A stretch of DNA of 64,000 nt from Acidimicrobiia bacterium (GTDB taxonomy: Bacteria; Actinomycetota; Acidimicrobiia; Spongiisociales; ZC4RG35). Position numbers and translations under genes: made by a program. The DNA is taken from NCBI GenBank assembly GCA_035249605.1, contig DATFGI010000028.1, positions 4,616-68,615 of the forward strand, in the 5' to 3' direction. Shown piece by piece: positions 8,455 to 16,179 of this stretch (the first letter of the stretch is position 1; each line of letters starts with the position of its first letter). A model generated the notes under the pieces. It worked only from the letters and a program-made list of their open reading frames with translations, did not search any database and was not told the DNA's origin.

Positions 8455-10410
8455 TCAGCGTTCCAGCAATGCCGCCAGCTCCGCGGGCTCGGCTGTGGGG
8501 AGGTCGCACACGAAATCGCGGCACACGTAGGCCAGCGTGCGGCCCTCCTGGAAGCGGTCACGGAGGAGGGGGACCTGATCGCTGTCACCCGACGCCATCG
8601 CCAGGGCGACATTTGGGCGGAAACGGGACCAGCTCACCCGGGCGAGACGCCGCCATGCCGGGCCGACGATCGCCAACTCTCGTGACCGGGCTGCCGAATG
8701 GGCCACGGAGAGGTGGTGGCCGACCATCGACGGGTATCTCTCGGCGAGGATGGCGGCGGCACCCAAGGCCTCCTCGGTCGCCTTTCTGAGTTCTGAGTCC
8801 CCGGTGTACAGGGCGGCGATGAGCAGCGCTTCCGCTGCGAGTGCATTGCCCGATGGCAGGGGATTGTCAGTGACGTCGTAGGGCCGTTTCACCAAGTCCT
8901 CGGTGCCAGTGGAGTAGAAGCCGCCGGCCTGCCGTGAGAACCGCTCCAGTCCCTGTGTCAACTGCACCGCGTGCTGATACCAGGCGATCTCGCCCGTGGC
9001 GGCGTAGAGGGTGAAGAGCCCGACGGCGAGCCCGGCATGGTCGTCGAGGAACCCGGGAACCGACGTCCGACCCTCCCGCCACGACCGCATCACCTGGCCA
9101 TCGACGATGAGATTGTCAGTGGCGAAACTCGCCGCCTGGGATGCCAGTTCCAGATAGCGTGCATCCTCGAGGGCTGCTCCGGCTTCGGCGAAGGCCCGGA
9201 TCGCGAGGCCGTTCCAGACCGTCACCACCTTGTCGTCCAGTCCCGGGCGGACCCGAGCCTCTCTTCGCTCCATCAGGGCCCGTCTGGCGTCGAGGAGATC
9301 GGCCGGAGTCTCCTCCCCGACGACGTTGAGGATGTTGGTGCCCTCGAAGTTGCCCTCCTCGGTCACTCCGTAATAGGCGATGATCCCGGGGGCGGATTCG
9401 CCGAGGATCTCTTCGATCTCCTCCTTCGACCAGACATAGAACTTCCCCTCGACCCCTTCGGAGTCGGCGTCCTCGGATGAGAAGAACCCGCCTTGGGAGT
9501 GCCGCAGGTCGCGGACCATGTAGTCGAGGGTGGAGCGAGCGACCGCGACGAAATCAGGGCGCTCCAACTCGATTCCCGCCCAGAGATAGAGACGGGCCAG
9601 CTGGGCGTTGTCGTAGAGCATCTTCTCGAAGTGGGGCACCAGCCAGTGGCCATCCACCGAGTAGCGGGCGAAACCTCCCCCGATCTGGTCGTGGATGCCG
9701 CCAGCCGCCATCTCCTCGAGGGTCTTGACCAACATGCTCCCCGCCCTCGGGGCCCACTCCTCCTCTCGGACCCTGAGTAGGAACTCCAACACCGGCTGCT
9801 GGGGGAACTTGGGCGGCCCCCCGAACCCGCCGCTCACCGGATCGAAGGACGACTCGATCTGGTCGTAGGCGGCGCGCAGCACACCGTCTCCGGGTGCGTC
9901 CCCAGCCGGGAGGTCCTGTGAGATGGCTTCGACCAGCCGCGACGCCTGATCCGCCACGTCTTCACGGCGGTGCTCCCATGCCGAGCTCACCGCCTCCATC
10001 ACCTGGTCGAACCCGGGCATGCCGTGGCTGGGTTCTTTGGGAAAGTAGGTGCCGGCGTAGAAGGGTCGTCCCTCATGGTCGATCCAGACCGTCATCGGCC
10101 AGCCGCCCTGGCCAGTCATGGTCTGGACCGCCTCCATGTATATCGAGTCGACGTCGGGCCGCTCCTCCCGATCGACCTTGACATTGACGTAGCGCTCGTT
10201 CATGGCGGCGGCGATGGTCTCGTCCTCGAACGACTCGTGGGCCATGACATGACACCAGTGGCATGCCGCGTACCCCACGCTGAGGAGGATGGGTACATCG
10301 CGATCACGTGCCTCTGCGAACGCCTCCGGCCCCCACTCCCACCATTCGACCGGGTTGTCCCGGTGTTGGAGGAGGTAAGGGGAGGTCGCTTCGGCGAGGC
10401 GATTGGGCAT
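8455..10410 (-). CDS. Thioredoxin-domain protein of the DUF255/YyaL (SSP411-like) family with a six-hairpin glycosidase-like C-terminal region.
   Basis: N-terminus SPYLLQHRDNPVEWWEWGPEAF...GYAACHWCHVMAHESFED is characteristic of the family. 651 aa. Confidence 0.85.
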   Translation of the reverse strand: MPNRLAEATSPYLLQHRDNPVEWWEWGPEAFAEARDRDVPILLSVGYAACHWCHVMAHESFEDETIAAAMNERYVNVKVDREERPDVDSIYMEAVQTMTGQGGWPMTVWIDHEGRPFYAGTYFPKEPSHGMPGFDQVMEAVSSAWEHRREDVADQASRLVEAISQDLPAGDAPGDGVLRAAYDQIESSFDPVSGGFGGPPKFPQQPVLEFLLRVREEEWAPRAGSMLVKTLEEMAAGGIHDQIGGGFARYSVDGHWLVPHFEKMLYDNAQLARLYLWAGIELERPDFVAVARSTLDYMVRDLRHSQGGFFSSEDADSEGVEGKFYVWSKEEIEEILGESAPGIIAYYGVTEEGNFEGTNILNVVGEETPADLLDARRALMERREARVRPGLDDKVVTVWNGLAIRAFAEAGAALEDARYLELASQAASFATDNLIVDGQVMRSWREGRTSVPGFLDDHAGLAVGLFTLYAATGEIAWYQHAVQLTQGLERFSRQAGGFYSTGTEDLVKRPYDVTDNPLPSGNALAAEALLIAALYTGDSELRKATEEALGAAAILAERYPSMVGHHLSVAHSAARSRELAIVGPAWRRLARVSWSRFRPNVALAMASGDSDQVPLLRDRFQEGRTLAYVCRDFVCDLPTAEPAELAALLER

Positions 10411-10493
10411 CTACTTCGAAGCTACTGCTTCGAGGAGGCTGTCTCGGTAAGCGAGTGTCATGTGACCTCGGGGGTCTCGTTACCCTCCGGATC

Positions 10494-11633
10494 ATGAAGC
10501 GTCTTCTCGCCGGAGTGGCCCTGGTCACGCTGTTCGCGGCCACGCCACAGGAGGCATTACCCGGTCTCGAGGCCGACGGCTACTACATCGAGCCCGGATC
10601 CTCCGCCAGCGAGGATGTGGTGAGCGATGCCGTCTTCGAGGGCCGGTCCGACGGAGGCCGGCTCTACATCGTGGTCCTCAGCGAGGAGCCTCCGGGCGGA
10701 GCCCCCACCTTCTCGGACTCCACCCTCGACCTGCTGGGTGATGGCTACGTGGTGACAGTGGCTCCGCAGACCGTGGGCTTCGCCGGGGACGGGACGTTCT
10801 GGACCGCCGAGGAGATGGACGCCGCGATCGATGCCTCGTTCTCCGGGGGCAGCGACGACGAGGTCGTCCAGATCTTCATCGAGAATCTCACCGGTCAGGC
10901 GCCCGGCGGCGGCGAGGGTGGGGAGGGACCGGGATCGGAATCCGGAGGCTTGCCCTGGGGGTGGATCCTGCTCGTCGGAGGCGCCGCGGTGGTGGGCTGG
11001 ATTTGGATGAGCAACCGGAAGAGCAACGAGCGAGCCGCCGGCCGTCTCGAGCACGTCAAGGGGATCGCCAAGGCCAAGCTCGACGAGGTGGCCAACGACA
11101 TCCTGGAGATGGAGGGTGAGGTCGCTCTCTCCGAGAACCAGGAGGTTGAAGACCACTACCAGCGGGCGTCGGCCATGTACACCCAAGCCATAAAGGACAC
11201 CGAGGAGGCATCGACCCTGCCGGCGATGCTCGAAGTCACCGAGAAGCTCGACCTGGCGATCTGGGAGCTCGACTGCGCCGAGGCTCTCCTCGACGGCAAG
11301 CCGAAGCCGCCCAAGCCCGAGCCGGTCTCGGCTGAGCCGATGGTGCCGCCCCCACCGCCCGGTGAGGGGGTTCCCACCCCCGGTCAGGGGACGATCCCTC
11401 CGCCCTCCGACTACGACCGGCGGCCCCACAGGCAGAGCTCGGGCTCCAACGAGTTGCTCTCGGTACTGATGACGATGATGGCTATGCGTGGCATGGGTGG
11501 CATGCGCGGCCCGGGCGGCTTCGGGGGCAGGATGGGGGGATGGGGCGGTGGTGGAGGGGGCCGAATCGGTGGCGGTGGCGGCCGGATCGGTGGTGGGGGG
11601 CGGATACGCGGGGGTGGCCGGCGGCGAGGTTGA
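10494..11633 (+). CDS. Single-pass membrane protein. It has a signal peptide, an extracytoplasmic domain (possibly TPM-like), a TM helix, a cytoplasmic helical region, and Pro-rich then Gly/Arg-rich tails.
   Basis: ATG 10494 (MKRLLAGVALVTLFAA) is chosen because the upstream part of ORF 10308.. overlaps the divergent gene. TM is LPWGWILLVGGAAVVGWIWM. The TPM assignment is inference only. Confidence 0.6.
   Translation: MKRLLAGVALVTLFAATPQEALPGLEADGYYIEPGSSASEDVVSDAVFEGRSDGGRLYIVVLSEEPPGGAPTFSDSTLDLLGDGYVVTVAPQTVGFAGDGTFWTAEEMDAAIDASFSGGSDDEVVQIFIENLTGQAPGGGEGGEGPGSESGGLPWGWILLVGGAAVVGWIWMSNRKSNERAAGRLEHVKGIAKAKLDEVANDILEMEGEVALSENQEVEDHYQRASAMYTQAIKDTEEASTLPAMLEVTEKLDLAIWELDCAEALLDGKPKPPKPEPVSAEPMVPPPPPGEGVPTPGQGTIPPPSDYDRRPHRQSSGSNELLSVLMTMMAMRGMGGMRGPGGFGGRMGGWGGGGGGRIGGGGGRIGGGGRIRGGGRRRG
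11496..11630 (+). repeat. Coding low-complexity repeat (GGGGRI-type Gly/Arg tail).
   Basis: Translation is GGMRGPGGFGGRMGGWGGGGGGRIGGGGGRIGGGGRIRGGGRRRG. The DNA is a G-rich imperfect tandem repeat. Confidence 0.6.
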
Positions 11634-11676
11634 GCCCCACCCCTAGACTCGAATCGACGACAAGGAGAGCCCGTAG

Positions 11677-12387
11677 ATGTTCAAGCGTCTGATTGCCTAT
11701 TTCCGGTCCTGGTTCAAGACCACCACCGAGGAGATGATGGACCCGGAGATAGAGATCCAGTCCGCCATCGACGAGGCCCGGCGGCGAGATCAGGATCTTC
11801 GCAACCAGGCCGCCAAGGTGATCGCCCACAAGACCCAGCTCGAGTCTCAGATCGAGCGAGCCGCAGAGTCGGTTGGTGAGGCCAAGGAGATGGCCAAGCA
11901 GGCGCTGCTCAAGGCCGAGGAGGCCAGGGCGAAAGGCGATGAGGTCGCTGTCGGCAAATGGACTCAGGCAGCTCAGAGCCTTGCCATGAAGCTGCAGGCC
12001 TCCGAGAACAACCTCGAGTCACTCAAGGGCCAGTTCGAGACGGCGGTCACCCAGTCCGATCAGGCCAAAGAAGCGGTCCAGACCAATGCCATGAAGGTGC
12101 AGGAGCTGGCAGCGAGGCGTCTCGAGATGCTGGGGACGCTGGAGCAGGCCAAGATGCAAGAGGCCGTCAACAATGCCGTCGAGTCGATGTCGGCTTCGGT
12201 GAGCGATCAGGGGCCCGATCTCGCAACTGTCGAGGACAAGATCGAGATGCGCAAGGCCGAGGCGATGGCCAAGGCCGAGTTGCACGAGGCCACGCCGGAG
12301 GGTGCCGAGGCCGAGTTACGCAAGGAGATCAACATGGCCGAGGCCAACTCCAAGCTCGACGAGCTCCGCGCCGAGCTCGGGATCTGA
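11677..12387 (+). CDS. pspA: PspA/IM30 family protein (phage-shock protein A-like).
   Basis: N-terminus MFKRLIAYFRSWFK...MDPEIEIQSAIDEARR followed by continuous coiled-coil heptads. 236 aa. Confidence 0.9.
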   Translation: MFKRLIAYFRSWFKTTTEEMMDPEIEIQSAIDEARRRDQDLRNQAAKVIAHKTQLESQIERAAESVGEAKEMAKQALLKAEEARAKGDEVAVGKWTQAAQSLAMKLQASENNLESLKGQFETAVTQSDQAKEAVQTNAMKVQELAARRLEMLGTLEQAKMQEAVNNAVESMSASVSDQGPDLATVEDKIEMRKAEAMAKAELHEATPEGAEAELRKEINMAEANSKLDELRAELGI

Positions 12388-12424
12388 TCTCAGCACACGA
12401 GGCCCTTCCCCGCGTGGGATCTTC

Positions 12425-12928
12425 TTGAAGACGCTGCTCGTCATGCGTCACGGCAAGTCGGATTGGTCGGCCGACTACGGGGCGGATCATGACCGTCCTC
12501 TCAACGACCGTGGTGCCCGCAGCGCCCGGGTCATCGGTGAGGTCCTGACGGGCCGGGGTCTGGCTCCCCAATTGATCATCTCCTCGACGGCAGAGCGGGC
12601 GCGGAGGACCGCCGAGATCGCCATGGAGAGCGGCGGGTGGGACTCGAAGCTGGTGCTGGAGCCGCTTCTGTACGAGTCGGGTGCCGAGGGGGTCATCGAG
12701 ATAGCGGTCTCGGTTGCGGGGGTGGATCGTCTCCTGCTGGTCGGACATCAGCCCACGTGGTCGACACTGGTGTCCGCCCTCACCGGGGAGCGGGTGGAGA
12801 TGAAGACCGGAACCGTGGTCGTGATCGAGCTCGACATCGGACAATGGTCCGAGCTGGCGACCAGCCGGGGCCGGGTGGCCGAGGTGGTCCGCCCCCGCGA
12901 TCACCTCGACTCGGCCGACCCTGACTGA
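12425..12928 (+). CDS. Histidine phosphatase family protein (SixA-like phosphohistidine phosphatase).
   Basis: RHG motif (LLVMRHGKSDW), then LNDRGARSA and SSTAERARRTA. TTG 12425 is chosen as the start; ATG 12443 is the alternative. Confidence 0.8.
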   Translation: MKTLLVMRHGKSDWSADYGADHDRPLNDRGARSARVIGEVLTGRGLAPQLIISSTAERARRTAEIAMESGGWDSKLVLEPLLYESGAEGVIEIAVSVAGVDRLLLVGHQPTWSTLVSALTGERVEMKTGTVVVIELDIGQWSELATSRGRVAEVVRPRDHLDSADPD

Positions 12929-12957
12929 TTTCGGCGACGGTGGTCTAACGTCGCGTC

Positions 12958-13596
12958 ATGCCCAGATTTCTCATCGTCATCGCCCTCGGCCTCGCCGCCG
13001 TTGCCTGCAATGCGGAGGGCGGCGACGGCACCAGCACAACGACAGTCGAGCCCGGTGCGACGTCGCAGGCTGCGGTGACCACCACCACCTCCGCAGCAGC
13101 CACGACCACCACGACCGAGCCGGCCACAGCCGGAGACGGATCCGAGTGCTTGGTCGGCACCTGGGCTCTCGACAGCGAGGCATTCGTCGCCGAGATGACC
13201 GAGGTCTTCCTCGACGCCGGCATGCCGGACGCCGACATCGCTCCATTGGAGGGCGACTTCACGGTCGAGTTCTCAGAGGACGGAACGCTCCGAGCAGTCC
13301 GGGAGCGGTGGGGTTTCGAGATCGGCGTCGCCGACTCCACGTTCAAAGTCGAGGTGAACGGGGAGGAGACCGGGTCGTGGTCTGCCGACGACGCCACCCT
13401 GACGGTGAACACGGACGTCTCCGATCTGATCGCCAACTCGTCGATCATCGTCGACGGTCAGGAGCTACCCATGCCGCCCGGGTTGGAAGCGCCCGGAATC
13501 CCGGAGACGATCGCCAGCGAGAGCGAGTACAGCTGCGACGGCGATGTGCTCGCCATCAGCAACGAGGGTGTGACCTCGACCTTCAACCGGACCTGA
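12958..13596 (+). CDS. Hypothetical lipoprotein.
   Basis: Lipobox-like signal peptide MPRFLIVIALGLAAVAC followed by a Thr-rich linker. TAACGT hexamer lies 6 nt upstream of the ATG. Confidence 0.6.
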   Translation: MPRFLIVIALGLAAVACNAEGGDGTSTTTVEPGATSQAAVTTTTSAAATTTTTEPATAGDGSECLVGTWALDSEAFVAEMTEVFLDAGMPDADIAPLEGDFTVEFSEDGTLRAVRERWGFEIGVADSTFKVEVNGEETGSWSADDATLTVNTDVSDLIANSSIIVDGQELPMPPGLEAPGIPETIASESEYSCDGDVLAISNEGVTSTFNRT

Positions 13597-13651
13597 GCGC
13601 CCGGCTGATGGCAGAGCCTCGTCGCGGGCCGCTTCTGGCATCATCTCACCC

Positions 13652-14476
13652 ATGACCTGGAAGCTCGACTGCGGCAACTACACGCTCTACATCATCGAGG
13701 ACGGTTACTACTGGCGGGATCCCGCCACCTATTACGCCGAGTCCACGGAATACGACTGGCGGTTCCATCCCCGCAACGAGCAGGGTCAGGCTCGTCTCAA
13801 CTTCGGCTGTTTCCTGCTCACCGACGGAGATCACACCATGATGGTCGACGCCGGAATCGGGGAGATGGATCAGGAGGGGATGACGGTCGGGCTGATGCCA
13901 GATGCCGTCGACGCCCTGGGGATCCCCCGTGATTCGGTGGAGACCGTGGTCTACACCCACATGCACTACGACCACATCGGGGGGAGCCAGCGTGACGGGA
14001 AGATCGTCTTTCCCAACGCCCGCCATGTGTTCCACACCAATGAGTGGGAGTTCTGGAAGACCGCCGATAGCGACTTTGGCACCGCCGCCCGCCGGATCAT
14101 GTCGCCACTCCTCGACGCCGGGGTGGTCGATTTCATCGACGAGGACACCGAGATCCTGCCCGGGTTGAGTGCACGCGAGTCGTTCGGCCACACCCCCGGC
14201 CATCTCAGTGTCCGGGTCGAGTCCCAGGGCACCAGCACCATCCTCGGCGGCGATCTCAGCAACCACCCGTTCCAGGTCGAGCATCCGTATTGGAGCCTCC
14301 CCGTGGACAACGACCACGAGCTCTGCGGAAACTTCCGGGACCGGGTCTTCGAGTCGATCAGGGACACCGATACCAATTTCGCTGCCGGGCATTATCCGAT
14401 GCCGGGTGTCGGCAAGATCGTCACCGACGACGGGAAGAGGGTCTTCCAACCGACGTCTGTGCCCGCTGTGGGCTGA
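13652..14476 (+). CDS. MBL-fold metallo-hydrolase (second copy in the window).
   Basis: HxHxDH motif YTHMHYDHIGG and a later GHTPGH motif. 274 aa. Confidence 0.8.
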   Translation: MTWKLDCGNYTLYIIEDGYYWRDPATYYAESTEYDWRFHPRNEQGQARLNFGCFLLTDGDHTMMVDAGIGEMDQEGMTVGLMPDAVDALGIPRDSVETVVYTHMHYDHIGGSQRDGKIVFPNARHVFHTNEWEFWKTADSDFGTAARRIMSPLLDAGVVDFIDEDTEILPGLSARESFGHTPGHLSVRVESQGTSTILGGDLSNHPFQVEHPYWSLPVDNDHELCGNFRDRVFESIRDTDTNFAAGHYPMPGVGKIVTDDGKRVFQPTSVPAVG

Positions 14477-14538
14477 ATGTCCCTGGTGGAATGAGAGCGT
14501 TTCGGTGCGGATAGAATTCGTGGAGCTGCAGTGTGGCT

Positions 14539-14564
14539 GGAATCGGGGAAAGCCCCCGGGCGTT
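14539..14564 (+). promoter_or_regulatory. Candidate SigH/SigR-type ECF promoter (GGAAT-N18-GTT).
   Basis: GGAAT is at 14539-14543, followed by exactly 18 nt, then GTT at 14562-14564. It lies ~110 nt upstream of the sigma-factor start. Confidence 0.45.
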
Positions 14565-14588
14565 TTGAAGCTGTGGAAAAGAGGGGGG

Positions 14589-14616
14589 TTCACAACCCTT
14601 CGCCGATGCGTATAGT
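14589..14616 (+). promoter_or_regulatory. Candidate housekeeping-type promoter (TTCACA-N16-TATAGT).
   Basis: Near-consensus -35 and -10 hexamers lie ~60 nt upstream of ATG 14676. Confidence 0.5.
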
Positions 14617-14675
14617 TGGACGCCGGGTCGTATTTCGCCACCGACCCAAGCCCGTTGGAGGACCGGAAATCATCT

Positions 14676-15665
14676 ATGGCAGCTACTGAAACGCGTAAGG
14701 ACAAGACCGAGAAGCCGCGTCGTTCGCGTCTGCAGTCGAAGCTGACCGACGAGCGGGGGCGTCTCACCACCGATCTGGTCTCCCAATACCTGACCGCGAT
14801 CGGCGAGTACGACCTGCTCACCGCAGAGCAGGAGGTCGAGCTCGCCCAAAAGATCGAGGGCGGCGAGGAGGCTGCCGAGAAGCTCGAGGAAGGGCACTTC
14901 TCGGGCAAGCGGGAGGAGATGGAGCTGAAGCGGGTTGCCCGCCGCGGCGCCCAGGCCAAGGACGACTTCCTCACCGCCAACCTGCGTCTGGTGGTCGCCA
15001 ACGCACGCCGCTACGCCAACACCTCCGGAATCGACTTCCTCGACTTGATCCAGGAGGGCAATCTCGGCTTGATCCGCGCCGTGGAGAAGTTCGACTGGCG
15101 GAAGGGCTTCAAGTTCTCGACGTACGCCACGTGGTGGATCCGTCAGGCGATAACCCGCGCCATCGCCGACAAGTCGCGGACGGTCCGGATTCCGGTACAT
15201 CTCCACGACACGCTGGCGGCGGTGCGCGCCGCCCAGGCCTCGCTCAAGGCGGAACTTGGCCGTGACCCCCGTCCCGACGAGATCGCCGAGGAGGCGGGTG
15301 TCACCGTGGACAAGGTCGAGCTGGCCCTGTCGGTCGCCGACACCGTCTCCCTCGAGCAGCCCATCGGCGAGGACGGCGCCCAACTCGGTGACTTCATCGA
15401 GGACGAGGACGCCGCCGACCCGGTGCAGATGACCGAGGAGATGGATGTCGCCAACTCACTGCGTCAGTCGATCGACCGGCTCCCCGAGCGCGAGGGCCGG
15501 ATTCTCGCCCTCCGGTATGGCTTCTTCGACGGCGTCCCCCGCACCCTCGAGGAGATCGGTGACGAGTTCAACCTCACCCGGGAGCGGATCCGTCAGCTGG
15601 AGAAGCTGGCCCTGTGCCGCCTCCGCCATCCTTCCTTCGGGATCCGGGAGGCGGACCTCGTCTGA
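14676..15665 (+). CDS. RpoD-family (group 1/2) RNA polymerase sigma factor.
   Basis: Regions 1.2-4 are present: [71 protein letters not shown], and [28 protein letters not shown] precedes ATG 14676. Confidence 0.9.
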   Translation: MAATETRKDKTEKPRRSRLQSKLTDERGRLTTDLVSQYLTAIGEYDLLTAEQEVELAQKIEGGEEAAEKLEEGHFSGKREEMELKRVARRGAQAKDDFLTANLRLVVANARRYANTSGIDFLDLIQEGNLGLIRAVEKFDWRKGFKFSTYATWWIRQAITRAIADKSRTVRIPVHLHDTLAAVRAAQASLKAELGRDPRPDEIAEEAGVTVDKVELALSVADTVSLEQPIGEDGAQLGDFIEDEDAADPVQMTEEMDVANSLRQSIDRLPEREGRILALRYGFFDGVPRTLEEIGDEFNLTRERIRQLEKLALCRLRHPSFGIREADLV

Positions 15666-15688
15666 CCGACAGAGCCCTCCTTTGCCAC

Positions 15689-15720
15689 GAGCCCGCCGCA
15701 AGGCGGGCTCATTGCTTTTC
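15689..15720 (+). terminator. Rho-independent terminator after the sigma gene.
   Basis: GAGCCCGCC-GCAA-GGCGGGCTC stem-loop followed by ATTGCTTTTC. Confidence 0.75.
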
Positions 15721-15750
15721 ATGTCCCCGGGAGGGGTTAGCGTGACCGGG

Positions 15751-16125
15751 ATGCGACTCGGTGACCTCGTCGGCGAAGCCCCCTACCTCTGCGGCCCGGA
15801 CACGACCCTGTTGGAGGCCGCCACCGCGATGCAGCAGTCGGACCTGGGCTCCCTTGCCGTGGTCGAGGGTCTCAGCCTCCTCGGGCTGATCACCGAGCGC
15901 GACATCCGGCGCGCCGTCGCCGAGGGCATCGACTTGAACACGGCGGTGTCGGTGCTGATGAGCGACGAGCCGGACACGTTCGATCCGGATCTCGACGTCT
16001 GGGATGCGGCCGCCTGGATCGCCGAGTCCGACTATCGCCATCTCCCGGTGGTGGGGGACGACGGCGACCTCCTCGGCGTCGTCTCCATCCGCGACCTGCT
16101 CAAAGCCCTGGTCGACACCGTCTGA
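15751..16125 (+). CDS. CBS-pair domain protein.
   Basis: Two CBS repeats (PDTTLLEAATAMQQSDLGSLAVVE...GLITERDIRR; ...HLPVVGDDGDLLGVVSIRDLLKAL). GTG 15742 is an alternative start. Confidence 0.8.
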   Translation: MRLGDLVGEAPYLCGPDTTLLEAATAMQQSDLGSLAVVEGLSLLGLITERDIRRAVAEGIDLNTAVSVLMSDEPDTFDPDLDVWDAAAWIAESDYRHLPVVGDDGDLLGVVSIRDLLKALVDTV

Positions 16126-16126
16126 C

Positions 16127-16169
16127 GCGTGTGCAAATGGTGGCGATATTCGCCACCATTTGCACACGC
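16127..16169. repeat. Perfect 20-bp-stem palindrome at a convergent gene junction, with GCGTGTGCA...TGCACACGC arms. Probably a bidirectional terminator or REP-like element.
   Basis: GCGTGTGCAAATGGTGGCGA-TAT-TCGCCACCATTTGCACACGC. It shares its outer arms with the palindrome at 44517-44563. Confidence 0.7.
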
Positions 16170-16179
16170 TCAACCCACA

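Noticed and set aside
13646-15001. 451-aa minus-strand ORF spanning the MBL hydrolase gene and the start of the sigma-factor gene.
   Set aside because: It is antisense to two genes with clear family motifs. Its translation is Arg/Ser/Pro-rich low complexity with no motif. This is a typical long antisense ORF in high-G+C DNA.
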